Shown here piece by piece: positions 10,348-23,184 of a stretch of 64,000 bases of DNA. The DNA is taken from contig NC_052160.1 of NCBI RefSeq assembly GCF_902713615.1, positions 25,862,083 through 25,926,082 on the forward strand, given 5' to 3'. Source of the DNA: Scyliorhinus canicula (taxonomy: Eukaryota). Position 1 is the first letter of the stretch, and each line of letters starts with the position of its first letter. The translations under genes were made by a program, and so were the position numbers. Under the pieces are notes generated by a model, which was not told the DNA's origin, ran no database searches, and saw only the letters and a program-made list of their open reading frames with translations.

Positions 10348-13300
10348 AGTTATACCGTCAATCCACTGTGAGACCGAGAGAACGAGTGAGTATATGGCTT
10401 TATTATCCAAGAACTCGCCTGCCAGTGTCTGCTGTACAATGAGTGCCACCCACAGGCGGCCGCTCTATATATCGCCCCGGTGAGGGCGGAGCCAGAGGCG
10501 GAGCCCATCGGGGTTCCAGTACAGTAGCTGGAAGGAGACCGTATTATCATTTCCAGGTCATAGGTCACAGCACTACACAGACAGTTCATACTTAGGTGAA
10601 TACATTCATCACATTCACCCACTGTTAAAAAAAACAAGTCCAGCGGGGGTGACGTGGGGTCATCAAATATTCAGTCTGTCTGGAGGCCGGATCATTCTTT
10701 TAGACCTCCTCAGCTCTGGCGATGCAGTGGGCACGGTTGTTGCAGGTGGTGACTCCGGGGCTGTGTTGTCTGGAGCTTGGATTTCAGTCCAGCGTGTCAG
10801 AGACGGTTAAGGGGTGGTGGGTGGCGGCAGTGCAGGCGTGGGACAATACAGGAGACCCAGGGGGTCATAAGGGGCGGTGCGGGAGGCGGTAGGCAGCGGG
10901 GAGGGGGGCGCATTGGCAGGGGAACCAGCTGGTGCCAGGTCCAGAACGTATTTTGCTGTCCGTCTTGGTGCGCGACGTAGGTGTACTGGGGGTTGGGCGT
11001 GCAGCAGCTGGACCCACTCGACTAGGGGGTCGGTCTTATGGCTCCTCGCATGCTTCCGGAGAAGGACAGATCCCGGAGCCATCAGCCAGGATGGAAGCGA
11101 GACCCCGGAGATGGACTTCCGAGGAAAGACAAACAAGCGGGCGTGAGGGGTCTCGTTCGTGGCTGTGCAGAGGAACGATCTAATGGAGTGGTGTGCGTCG
11201 GGGAGGACCTCCTGCCAGCGGGGGGTCGGGAGACTTCTAGACCGGAGGGCCAGAAGGACGGCCTTCCATACTGTCACATTCTCCCTCTCCACCTGCCCGT
11301 TTCCCTGTGGGTTATAGCTCGTAGTCCTGCTCGAGGTGATGCCCTTACTGAGCAGGTACTGATGCAGCTCATCGCTCATGAACGATGTGCCCCGGTCGCT
11401 GTGGACGTACGCAGGGAAACCGAACAGTGTGAAGATGCTGTGCAGTGCCTTTATAATCGTGGCCGAGGTCATGTCAGGGCAGGGGACAGCGAAGGGGAAG
11501 CGGGAGTACTCATCAATGACGGTGAGAAAGTATATATTACGGTTGGTGGAGGGGAGGGGCCCTTTGAAGTCAATACTGAGGTGCTCAAAGGGCCGGGAGG
11601 CCTTTACCAGGTGAGCCTTGTCTGGCCGGTAGAAGTCCGGTTTGCACTCTGCGCAGACTTGGCAGTCCCTGGTCATGGCCTTGACCTCCTCAGTGGAGTA
11701 GGGCAGATTGCGGGCCTTAATAAAGTGGGTAAGCCGGGTGACCCCCGGGTGACAGATGTCATCGTGGATAGCCCGAAGTCGGCTATCTTGCACGCTGGCG
11801 CATGTGCTGCGGGACAGGGCATCTGGGGGCTCATTGAGCTTCCCAGGACGATACTTGATATCGTAATTGTAGGTGGAGAGTTCGATCCTCCACCTCAAGA
11901 TTTTGTCATTCTTAGTTTTGCCCCGTTGTGCGTTGTCAAACATAAAGGCTACCGACCGTTGGTCGGTGACGAGGGTGAACCTCCTACCGGCTAGGTAGTG
12001 CCTCCAGTGCCGCACAGCTTCCACTATGGCTTGTGCTTCCTTCTCGACTGAGGAGTGTCAGATTTCGGAAGCGTGGAGGGTTCTAGAGAAGAAGGCTTGC
12101 CCGCCTGGTTGAGTGTGGCGGCAAGGGCGACATTTGACGCATCGCTCTCTACCTGGAAGGGGACGGACTCGTCCACCACGTGTATTGCGGCCTTGTGCTG
12201 CGCATGTGCTGCGGGATGTCGGCCTTGATGCGGCTGAAGGTCGAGTGGGCCTCAGCCGTAGGGGGAATGTGGTGGTTTTAATAAGTGGGCAGGCTTTGTC
12301 CGCATAGTTGGGGACCCACTGGGCGTAGTAGGAGAACAGTCCCAGGGATCGTTTGAGGGCCTTGAGGCTGTGGGGAGGGGGAGTTCCGTGAGGGGGCGCA
12401 TACGGTCGGGGTCGGGCCCCAGGACTCTGTTCTCCACGACGTAGCCGAGGACGGCCAGTCGGGTATTGCGGAAAACGCACTTCTCTTTGTTATATGTGAG
12501 GTTGAGGGATCGGGCGGTCTGGAGGAACCTCTGGAGGTTGGCGTCATAGTCCTGCTGATCGTGGCCGCAGATGGTAACATTGCCCAAGTACGGGTATGTA
12601 GCCCGCAACCCGTACTGGTCCACCTTTCGGTCCATCGTTCTCTGAAAAACCGAGACCCCATTAGTGACGCGGAAAGGGACCCTGAGGAAGTGGAAGAGTC
12701 GGCCGGCTGCTTCGAAGGCAGTGTAGTGGGGCTCTTCCGGGTGGATTGGGAGCTGGTGGTAGGCTGACTTCAGATCGACCATTGATAACATCCGATACTG
12801 TGCGATCTGGTTGACCATCTCCGCTATGCGGGGAGGGGGTACGCATCCAGTTGCGTGAACCGGTTAATTGTCTGGCTGTAGTCCACAACCATCTGATCCT
12901 TTTCCCCGGTCCGGACGACCACCACTTGAGCTCTCCCAGGGGCTGTTGCCGGCCTCAATGATCCCTTCACTCAACGGTCGCTGGACCTCCGTCAGTTCCG
13001 AATGCTTGGGAACTGTACCGCCTGCTCCTGGTGGCAACGGGATTACAGTCAGGAGTGAGGTTCGCAAAGAGGGAAGGAGAGGCAACCTTGAGGGTCACGA
13101 GGCTGCATACCGTGAGGGGGGTAAGGGTCCATCGAACTGTAGGGTCAGGCTCCGGTGACTGCAGTGGAAGTCTAATCCAAGCAGTAGGGGGGGCGCAGAG
13201 GTGGGGGAGGATGTACAGCTTAAAACGAGCGTACTCGCCGCTCTGCATCACGATGTTAGCGAGTCAGTACCCCCGGATCTGTATCGAATGGGATCCGGAG

Positions 13301-15030
13301 GCAAGGGAGATTGTTTGGAATGTGGGGTAGATGTGAAGGGAGCAGTGCCTTACCGTGTCAGGGTGAACAAAGCTCTCCGTGCTCCGGGAGTCAAAAGACA
13401 GGGGTCTCGTGCCCGTTGACCCGGACGACCATCATGGAATTTTTCAGGTGCTTTGGCTGCGACTGGTCGAGGGTGACTGCGCCAAGCTGAGGGTAGTATG
13501 TGTGGCCGGCGGCATCGGGGTCACAAAATGGCGGCCCCCATGAGTCACACGTGTTGGGCTGGGTCGAAGATGGCAACCAAGATGGCCGCCCCATGAGTCG
13601 CACGAGGCTGATGACGCGTCTGAAGGGGACGTTCCCGGCTGGCACGCAGCCACATTGCGGGGCCTGTGGGTCCATGGGTCGGGCCTGGTGAGTTTTTGAT
13701 TTCTGGGCTTTAGGTCGGCCCAGACAGACTCTGGCGAAGTGTCCCTTTTTGCCACAGTCGCTGTGCGGGCTGGGCAACGCTGCCGGGGGTGTTGACGCTG
13801 GCCGCAGAAGTAACACTGCGGTTCCCCGGTCTGGACGGGCAGCCTCGCGGCACAGGCCTGTGATGTAGGCGGGTCCGGTGGGGGCCGCGACGGTGGCATT
13901 CACGAGGGGTTCGCCGGGTCTGCAGTCAACGCACTGAGGCTTTGGTAGGCCACCTCTAACGAGGTGGCTAGTTTTACTGTGTCCCGCAGGTCAGTGGTCC
14001 CGTTTTCCAGCAGGCGCTGCCAGATGTAGTTAAATCGGACCCCAGCCACGTAGGTGTCCCGGATCTGTAGCTTCATGTGTTCCTCTGCACATCCCGATAG
14101 TTGCAGTCCCTCGCGAGTAGGGTCAGGTTTTCCAGATACTCGTCCAGCGATTCCCCGGCACGTTGACGGCGAGTAGTGAGGAGGTGTCACGTAAACACCT
14201 CGTTTACGGGCTTCGCGAAATGCGCCTTGAGGATCGCGACCGCCGCCTCGTACGTGGCTGCTTTCTCGATCATCATGGAGATTCGATGGCTCACCCGAGC
14301 GTGGAGGAGTCGCAGCTTGAGGGTTTCAGAGGGAGGCGTTGCGGAGGAATCGAGGTAGGCCTCGAAACAGAGAAGCCAGTGTTCAAAGACTTTCTCGGCC
14401 TCTGTCGCTCGCGCGTCGAGTTCGAACTTATCTGGCTTTAGAGTGGCTTCCATGGTGCTGTCGCTGGATAATAAATTGTTATACCATCAATTCACTGTGA
14501 AACCGAGAGAACAAGTGAATATATTGCTTTATTATCCAGGAACACGCCTGCCAGTGTCTGCTGTACAATGAGTGCCACCACAGGTGGCCGGTTGTATATC
14601 GCCCCGGTGAGGGCGGAGCCAGAGGCGGAGCCCACACTTCCAAGGAAAGGTTGAGGGTGCTCGGCCTTTTCTCATTAGAACAGAGAAGGATGAGGGGCAA
14701 CTTGATAGAGGTTTATAAGATGATCAGGGGAAATAGATAGAGTAGACAGTCAGAGACTTTTTCCTCGGGTGGAACAAACCATTACAAGGGGACCTTTAAG
14801 CGGCTATTGGAGAGGTACATGGATTACGGTAGAATGACGGGGTGTAGATTAATTTGTTCTTAATCTAGGACAAAAGTTCGGCACAACATCATGGGCCGAA
14901 AGGCCTGTTCTGTGTTGTATGTTCTATATTCTATGTTCTAGTACCTGTAAGTAGACCGTATTATAATTTCCAGGTCATAGGTCACAGCACTTTACAGACA
15001 GTTCGTACTTAGGTGAATACATTCACCACA
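10348..15030 (-). mobile_element. Full-length degenerate Gypsy/Ty3 LTR retrotransposon (gag-PR-RT-RH-IN)
   Basis: LTRs 10348-10613 and 14477-15030 (roughly 90 percent alike); 5-bp TSD GCCCC (10343-10347, 15031-15035); gag ATG at 14453 with CCHC knuckles; RT (DLKSAYHQ, YPYLGN); RNase H (TDQRS); integrase (IDFKGP, SDRG, GNGQVERE); frameshifted. Confidence 0.93.
14635..14940 (+). mobile_element. CR1-type LINE 3' fragment inserted in the Gypsy 5' LTR
   Basis: LRVLGLFSLEQRRMRGNLIEVYK-type coding remnant and (GTTCTAT)n tail; absent from the other LTR. Confidence 0.85.
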
Positions 15031-15319
15031 GCCCCCATTTGAAATCACTGACTAGCCAGAGGTGCTACTATGATGACACAACTAATTCTAGTCAAAAACA
15101 TTTCACAAATAATTGCAGTAAATATACTTAACCTGCCACCACTCAATTTGTAACTTTGCAGACTTTCTTTTTCACCAAAGTTTGGAATTCCAGCATGTAT
15201 TAATAGGACACCAAATACCTCAGCATACAGCATTTAATCTTTTTGTCTAGCAATTGCAAAGCAAACTTGGATTCCATCAGAGTGATTGCCGAGAATGTTG
15301 ACTTACACAATGAAATTCA

Positions 15320-15962
15320 CCAGATCCAACTCCTGCTCTCCATCCTGACCTGCCCCACTGTCCCACAGATGCTGCTCTCCATTCAGACCCCGATGTCCAT
15401 GATGGAACCATCAATTCAGCGAACACGTGTAGTTGAATCTGAACAGAGGCTTTAATACACTTACAACAGAGCCAGCCTATTTGTCGTTGAACTCCAGATG
15501 ACTGCAGGCTGGCTCCAAGGCACTGATCTTTATACATTGGTCCCAGGGGGAGGAGTCCTGGGCGGAGCCAAGGGAGGAGCCCAGTACAAACTCTTGCGTA
15601 CTCCCAGAGCGACTCCCCCTGGTGGTCGGATAGTGCAACTGCACTTATAATGGTGGATAGTGAACACATATACACGGAGTTATATTGGCAACTATGTACA
15701 GCATTGATCTTACAACGGGTAGATAACGAACATATATACATGGAGTGATATTGGCAACTATATATAGTGTGAATCACATTCACCACAGTCCATTCAGATC
15801 CTGATGTCCATTCAGATCCCAATGTCCATTCAGACCCCGATGTCCATGGAATTTATCCAGACCCACCCCACTTTCTCACAGACACTGGTTTTCATCCTGA
15901 CCCTGAACTCCCATCCAGACCCACCCCATTCTCCCCAGATGCTGCTCTCCATTCAGATCCTA
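15320..15962. repeat. Degenerate tandem repeat (about 18-bp CCATTCAGACCCCGATGT and longer units) interrupted by the solo LTR
   Basis: Repeated ccattcagatcc / cagatgctgctctccattcaga units on both sides of the LTR. Confidence 0.7.
15400..15787 (-). mobile_element. Solo Gypsy LTR
   Basis: TG...CA termini; 5-bp TSD GTCCA (15395-15399, 15788-15792); shares ACCATCAATT and CACCACA ends with the neighbouring Gypsy LTRs. Confidence 0.88.
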
Positions 15963-16262
15963 CTGTCCGTCCAGTTGCTGCCCTTTAGGACAACCCCACT
16001 GAGACATAAGGAGGCCATAAATGGATCATAGATAAGTTGAGCGGCAACGATCTGAAAAAATGGACTATAATGTGGGACAATGTAAAACTTTGACAGGAAG
16101 AATAAAAAAAGAAACCTATTATCTAAGTGGGGAGAGATTGCAGAGCTCCAAGCTTCTGAGGGATCTGGGTGCCCTAGTACATGAATCACAAAAGTATTTA
16201 GGTAGAGCAGGTAATTAGGAAAACTAAGAGAATGTTATTGTTTATTGTGAGGGGAATTGAAT

Positions 16263-17867
16263 CCAAAAAGATGAGGTTTTGGGTGTCTTGAAAAATATTA
16301 AGGTAGATAAGTCCCCAGGGCCTGATGGGATCTACCCCAGAATAGTGAAGGAGGCTAGAAAGGAAATTGCTGAGGCCTTGACAGAAATCTTTGGATCCTC
16401 ACTGTCTTCAGGTGATGTCCCGGCGGACTGGAGAATAACCAATGTTGTTCCTTTGTTTAAGAAGAGTAGCAAGGATAATCCAGGGAACTACAGGCCGGTG
16501 AGCCTTACGTCAGTGGTAGGGAAATTACTGGAGAGAATTCTTCGAGACAGGATCTACTCCCATTTGGAAGCAAATGGACGTATTAGCGAGAGGCAGCATG
16601 GTTTTGTGAAGGGAGGTCATGTCTCACTAACCTGATAGAGTTTTTCGAGGAGGTCACAAAGATGATTGATGCAGGTAGGGCAGTGGATGTTGTCTATATG
16701 GACTTCAGTAAGGCCTTTGACAAGGTCCCTCATGGCAGACTGGTACAGAAGGTGAAGTCACACGGGATCGGGGTGAGCTGGCAAGATGGATACAGAACTG
16801 GCTCGGTCATAAAAGGCAGAGAGTAACAATGGAAGGGTGCTTTTCTCATAAGAGGGCTGTGACTAGTGGTGTTCCGCAGGGATCAGTGCCGGGACCGTTG
16901 CTGTTTGTAGTATTTATAAATGATTTGGAGGAAAATGTAACTGGTCTGATTACTAAGTTTGCAGGCGACACAAAGGTTGGTGGAATTCTGGATAGCGATG
17001 AGGACTGTCAGAGGACAGAGCAGGATTTAGATCGTTTGGAGACTTGGGCGGAGAGATGGCAGATGGAGTTTAATCCAGACAAATGTGAGGTAATGCATTT
17101 TGGAAGGTCTAATGCAGGTAGGGAATATACAGTGAATGGTAGAACTTTCAAGAGTATTGACAGTCAGAGAGATCTAGGTGTACAGGTCCACAGGTCACTT
17201 AAAGGGGCAACACAGGCAGAGAAGGTAGTCAAGAAGGCATACGGCATGCTTGCCTTCATTGGCTGGGGCATTGAGTATAAAAATTGGCAAGTCATGTTGC
17301 AGCTGTATAGAACCTTAGATAGGCCACACTTGGAGTATAGTGTTCAATTCTGGTCGCCACACTACCAGAAGGATGTGGAGGCTTTAGAGAGAGTGCAGAT
17401 TTACCAGGATGTTGCCTGGTATGGAGGGCATTAGCTATGAAGAGAGGTTGAATAAACTCGGTTTGTTCTCACTGGAACGACGGGGGTTGAGGGGTGACCT
17501 GATAGAGGTCTACAAAATTATGAGGGCATAGACAGAGGGGATAGTCAGAGGCTTTTTCCCAGGGTAGAGAGGTCAATTACTAGGGGGCATAGGTTTAAGG
17601 TGCGAGGGGCAAGGTTTAGAGGAGATGTACGAGGCAAGTTTTTCACACAGAGGGTAGTGGGTGTCTGGAACTCGCTGCCGGAGGAGGTGGTGGAAGCAGG
17701 GACGATAGTGACGTTTAAGGGGCATCTTGACAAATACATGAATAGGATGGGAATAGAGGGATACGGACCCCGGAAGTGCAGAAGATTTTAGTTTAGATGG
17801 GCAGCATGGTCGGCACAGGCTTGGAGGGTCGAAGGGCCTGTTCCTGTGCTGTACTTTTCATTGTTCT
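16263..17867 (+). mobile_element. Younger CR1 (HER1-like) LINE, 5'-truncated RT region
   Basis: KSPGPDGIYPR, NYRPVSLTSVVGK, SGVPQGSV, KFAGDTK; CR1 3' tail; candidate TSD TTGAAT. Confidence 0.93.
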
Positions 17868-17891
17868 TTGAATACAAGAGTAGGAAGGTTA

Positions 17892-20800
17892 ACCTTCCGG
17901 TTGCGACGATGCAGTGCTAAGCCGCACGTTCGGTGGCTCCCGCTATTTTTGGACTTTCGGGCTCTTTTAAGGGCCCGCAACGGCGCTGTTTTGACTTTTC
18001 TCCGGGTGGGAACGCAGCCTCTGTGCTTGGCGGCCGGTGGATGGGCTGGACTAGAAGTGGAGCGACCAGAAAATCAACTTTGCAGCAGAAGAAGGTGCGA
18101 GGCAGAAAGGACAAGATGGCGGCAGGCGGGGAACCGGCAGCGTGGCAGCAGTGGGCGAGGGAGCAGCAGGAGCTGCTGCTGCGCTCCTTCCAGGAACTAA
18201 AGGCTGAGATCCTGGAGCCGTTGAGGGCATCGCTGGACAGGCTCGGGGCGACTCAGACGGCTCAGGCTGCGGAGATTCGGGAGCTGCAGCAGAAGGCTTC
18301 GGAGAACGAGGACGAACTCCTGGGCCTGGCGGTGAAGGTGGCGTCACACAAGGAGCTTCATAAGAAATGGTTGGCAAGGATGGAGGAGATGGAGAATTGC
18401 TCCCGCCGGATGAATCTGCGGATTTTGGGCCTCCCGGAGGGGCTGGAAGGTTCGGATTTGGGGGCCTACGTGGTCCTGATGCTGAACTCGCTGATGGGCG
18501 CGGGATCGTTCTGGGGACCCCTGTAGCTGGAGAGTTCCCATCGGGTGATGCTGCGGAAGCTCAGGCCGAACGAGCCGCCCAGGGCGGTGCTGGTCCGCTT
18601 TCAACGCTTGGTCAACCGTGAGTGTGTGCTTCGTTGGGCGAAGAGAGAGAGGAGTAGCAAGTGGGAGAATACAGAGATCAGGATTTACCAGGACTGGAGT
18701 GCGGAGGTGGTGAAGAGAAGGGCTGGGTTTAACCAGGAGAAGGCAGTGCTCCACAAGAAGGGGGGTCAAGTTTGGCCTGTTACAGCCGGCACGCCTGTGG
18801 GTCACTTATAAAGACCGCCAACTTTTGACTCCCCGGAGGAGGCCTGGACTTTTGTCCAGGCAGAGAAGCTGGACTTGAACTGAAGACTGGGGGCTGGGGA
18901 GCGTTGTTTGCAGCCCGGAGGCTTTGTCCTCCTTGATATCCTTTTGCTTTTTTCTTTTTGGTTCTATTGGATGATGTTTGTTTTGCTGTTCTGTTTTTTC
19001 TTGTCTGCTTTTCGGGACTGTTATCTGTTTACTTGGGTGTTTTATCATATCACGTTGGGATTTTTATTATTTCACTGGTTGCGGGTTTGGGTGGGGTTTG
19101 CGGCCCTGTTGGGTCATGTGCCTGTCTGCCTGTGTTTTGGGTCGGGGGCGGGGCTTGGAATGGGGGCGGGGCTTTTCTCCCGCGCTGGAGACGCAGGGGG
19201 CGGGGTCGGCATTGGGGGAATGGATGTGTGTCACTGGGGAGGGTAATTGGGGTGGCGGCAGCAGCCGGGGTCAGCAGGAGTCGGCTGACTTACGGAAGTA
19301 CAATGACTGGAGTTCGCAGCTAGGGGGGCCCTAGCTGGGGGTGGGGGGGGTGGGGGGAGGGGGTTGCTGCTGGAATGGCCAAGAAGGAGCTGGAGCGTGC
19401 AGAGGGGGTCGGGATGGGGGTCTGTCGCTGTGGGGAACGGGCTGAGCGGGGGACGTGGGCATGTGGCGGATTACGGAAGGGTGATGGCTAGTCGACGGGG
19501 GAGGGGGGCAGGTGGCCCTCCAATCCGGCTGATCACCTGGAATGTGAGGGGACTGAATGGGCCGGATAAACGGTACCGCGTGTTCGCGCACCTGAGGGGC
19601 TGAAGGCGGACGAGGCTAGGCTTCAGGAGACGCACCTGAAGGTGGCGGATCAGGTCAGGTTGAGGAAGGGGTGGGTGGGCCAGGTGTTTCATTCGGGGCT
19701 GGATGCAAAAAACCGGGGGTTGGCGATCCTGGTGGGGAAGAGGGTGCCGTTTGAGGCGTCGAGTGTGGTGGCAGACAGCGGCGGGAGATACGTGATGGTG
19801 AGCGGCAAGCTGCAAGGGGAGCGGGTGGTGCTGGTCAATGTATACGCCCCAATCGGGATGATGCAGGTTTCATGCGGCACATGTTGGGCCGGATTCCAGA
19901 TTTGGAGGCAGGGGCCTGGTAATGGGGGGGGATTTCAACACGGTCCTGGATCTGCCACTGGACCGATCCAGTTCCAGGACGGGTAGGAGGCCTGCGGCGG
20001 CTAAGGTGCTGAGGGGGTTTATGGACCAGATGGGAGTGGTGGATCCATGGAGGTTTGCGAGGCCGAGGGCCAGGGAATTTTCATACTTCTCCCATGTGCA
20101 TAAGGCCTACTCCCGGATCGATTTTTTCATTTTGAGTAGGGCGCTGATTGCGAGGGTAGTAGATGCTGAGTACTCGGCGATAGCCATTTCGGACCATGCC
20201 CCGTATTGGGTGGACCTCAAGCTGGGGGAGGAGAGGGACCAGCGCCCGTTGTGACGCTTAGAGGTGGGGCTGCTGGCGGACGAGGTGGTGAGGGGGCGGG
20301 TTCGAGGATGTATCGAGAGGTATCTGGAGGCCAACGATAATGGGGAGGTCCGAGTGGGGACGGTCTGGGAGGCGCTGAAGGCAGTGGTTCGGGGAGAGTT
20401 GATCTCCATTCAGGCCCACAGGGAGAGAGGGGAGCAGAGAGAAAGGGAGAGATTGGTGGGGGAGATGGTGAGGGTGGACAGGAGGTACGCGGAGGCCCCG
20501 GAGGAGGGATTGCTGAGGGAGCGGCGCAGCCTTCGGGCTGAGTTCGATTTGTTGATAACCAGAAAGACGGAGGCTCAATGGAAAAAGGCTCAGGGTGTGG
20601 TGTACGAGCATGGGGAGAAGGCGAGCAGGATGCTGGCACACCAGCTCCGTAAGCGGGATGCGGCCAGAGAGATTGGTAGTGTTAAGGATCAGGGAGGAAT
20701 TGTGGTGCGGAGGGGGGTAGACATTAATGGGGTCTTCAGGGACTTTTATGAGAGACTATATCGGTCCGAACCTCCGGCGGAGGAGGGGGGGATGGGGCGC

Positions 20801-21736
20801 TTTTCAGACCGGCTGAGATTTCCGAGGGTGGAGGAGGGACGGGTGGAGGGTCTGGGGGCACCAGTTGAGCTGGAGGAGCTGGTCAAAGGGATAGGGAACA
20901 TGCAGTCGGGGAAGGCACCGGGGCCAGATGGGTTCCGGGTTGAATTTTACAAGACATATGCAGACCTGCTGGGCCCCCTGTTAGTTAGGACCTTTAGCGA
21001 GGCAAGGGGGGGGGGGGGGGGGGGGCTTTTCCCCCGACGATGTCTCGGGCGCTGATCTCCTTGATTCTTAAGCGGGACAAGGATCCCCTGCAATGTGGGT
21101 CATAAAGGCCGATCTCACTCTTGAATGTGGACGCCAAGTTGTTGGCAAAGATCTTAGCCACGAGGATTGAGGACTGTGTGCCGCAGGTTATTCACGAGGA
21201 TCACACGGGGTTTGTGAAGGGGAGGCAGCTGAACACTAATATACGGAGGCTCTTGAACGTTATAATGATGCCGGCGGTGGAAGGGGGGGGGGGCGCGGAG
21301 ATAGTGGTGGCGCTAGATGCGGAGAAGGCCTGCGGAGGGGGCTGGTCCGGGGTGGGGAGGAGCACCGAGTGTCGCTCTACGCGGATGACCTTTTGTTGTA
21401 TGTGGCGGACCCAGTGGAGGGAATGCCGGTGGTGATGGGGATTCTCTGGGAATTTGGGGAATTCTCAGGGTATAATTTGCCCTAAGGGGGTCAGTGCAGG
21501 GGTTTTTCAGGAGATGGCAACCTTTCCTAGATCTCCTGGCAGAACGGTAAAATCAAAAGGTCAGCAGCAGCAGCAACCTGTTTTTGTTTTGGGTTGAATC
21601 TTTGCCAACGACAGCCGTTTATTTATTGTTTCTCTTTTGTATATATGGGGGGGGGGCTTTTTGTTCTTTGAATTTTCTGTTACTGCTTTCTTTTTTGTAA
21701 AATGTGAAAATTTGAATAAAAATTATTTTTTAAAAA
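17892..21736 (+). mobile_element. L1-clade LINE with both ends (5' UTR, ORF1, APE-RT ORF2), internally deleted and mutated
   Basis: ORF1 from ATG 18116 (coiled coil, ENCSRRMNLRILGLPEG); ORF2 from 19484 (ITWNVRGLN, GGDFN, SDH); AATAAA and A tail; 16-bp TSD AAGARTAGGAAGGTTA (17876-17891, 21737-21752). Confidence 0.93.
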
Positions 21737-22611
21737 AAGAATAGGAAGGTTATGCATCAGTTATACAGGGCATCGGAAGACCACTTCCGCAGTACCATGT
21801 TTAGTATTGGTCTCCTTATTTAAGGAAGGAACTAAATGTATTTGGATGCAATTCAGAGAAGGTTTACTGGACTAACACCCGGAGTGTGCGGGTTGGTTTA
21901 TGAGTAAAAGTTGGACAGGCGCGGCTTATAATCGCTGGAGTTTAGAAGAGTAAAAGGCCACTTGTTAAAACATATAAGGCCCTGAGGGGTCTTGACAGGG
22001 TGGATGTGGAGAGGATGTTTCCTCTTGTGGGAGAATCTAGAACTAGGGGAGATCACTGGAGAAATATTTTCTCTTTGAGGGTCTCGAGTCTTTGGAACAC
22101 CCTTCAGGAGTCTTTGAATTTTTTAAATGTAAAGATGGATAATAAGCAAGGGTTGGGGGTAGTCGGGAACGTGGAGATGAGGTTACAGTCCAATCAACCA
22201 TGATTTTATTGCATGGTGGACCAGGTTTGAGGGGCCGAATGGTCTACCTAATTTGTATGTTGCCTACTCTTGTGATCGGTTTGCCTGTGTTTTTTTCTGC
22301 TATGTTTCATTGCAACAAACATAAGCATCTCCCAAAAACACCGCCCTACTATCTAGAAGCCCCGGGCAACAGACGCACAGGAGTCCCATCACCTCCAAGT
22401 CACTCACCATCCTGACTTGGAACTATATCGCCTTTCCTTCACTGTCACTGGTTCAAAATCCTGGAACTCTCTCCTAACAGCACTGTGGGTGTACCTACAC
22501 CACACAGACTGCAGCAGTTCAAGGTGGCTCACCACCATTTTCTCAACGCTAGTTAGGGGGATGGGCAATAATTGTTGCCTTGCCAGTGACACCCACTCAC
22601 CTCTGCAACAT

Positions 22612-22837
22612 TAAAAAAAATAAATTTAGAGTACCCAATTATTTTTCTCCAATTAAGGGGCAATTTAGCGTGGTCAATCCACCTAACCTGCACATCTTTG
22701 GGTTGTGGGGGTGAAACCCACGCAGCCACGGGGAGAATGTGCAAACTCCACACGGACAATGACCCAGGGCCGGGATTGAACCTGGATCCTCAGCACCATA
22801 GGAAGTTGTGCTGACCACAGCACCACCGTGCTGCCCT
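22612..22837 (-). mobile_element. Short A-tailed V-SINE-like element
   Basis: Family consensus; further copies at about 24070-24240, 25030-25246, 32320-32540, 33325-33542, 50800-51020, 54378-54573, 55283-55505, 58350-58580, 61172-61400. Confidence 0.85.
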
Positions 22838-23006
22838 GATTCTATGCAACATTAATCAGAACAACAATGGCACAAATCCCATTTAAGTATCTCTTACACA
22901 GACCTGATATTGCTATATTTGGTACAGCAGTCCACAGTGCATTAATTCCTGTCAGTCTGCCGAATTGTCCCTTCCGTTTACTTGATGTGTTTGTTTTTAC
23001 ATACAG

Positions 23007-23184
23007 GAGACATCCTGGTTAAAGTTGGCACCAAAAATGTCCTGGGCCACAATCTGCGGGAACTGCGCCACCTCGTGGGTGAAATTCCAAAGGGAACTCA
23101 ACTCCAGCTGACCGTGTACAGGAATTATAAGGACCTCCCAGACAACTGGGACGCACAAGCAGAAACTATACATTCAAATGTGAG
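23007..23184 (+). CDS. PDZD9: PDZD9 exon 3 (C-terminal half of PDZ domain)
   Basis: atacag|GAGACATC...GTGAG|gtactg, 178 nt, GDILVKVGTKNVLG motif. Confidence 0.88.

Larger units (their letters stand above)
16015..22262 (+). mobile_element. Old CR1-type LINE 3' region, split by two younger insertions (pieces 16015-16262, 17868-17891, 21753-22262)
   Basis: CR1 ORF2 C-terminal remnants rejoin across the insertions (ggaattgaat|acaagagtaggaaggtta|tgcatcagttatacagggc). Confidence 0.75.

Noticed and set aside
11038-11994. 318-aa + strand ORF
   Set aside because: Antisense shadow of the GC-rich Gypsy RNase H/integrase frame, with no recognisable motifs.
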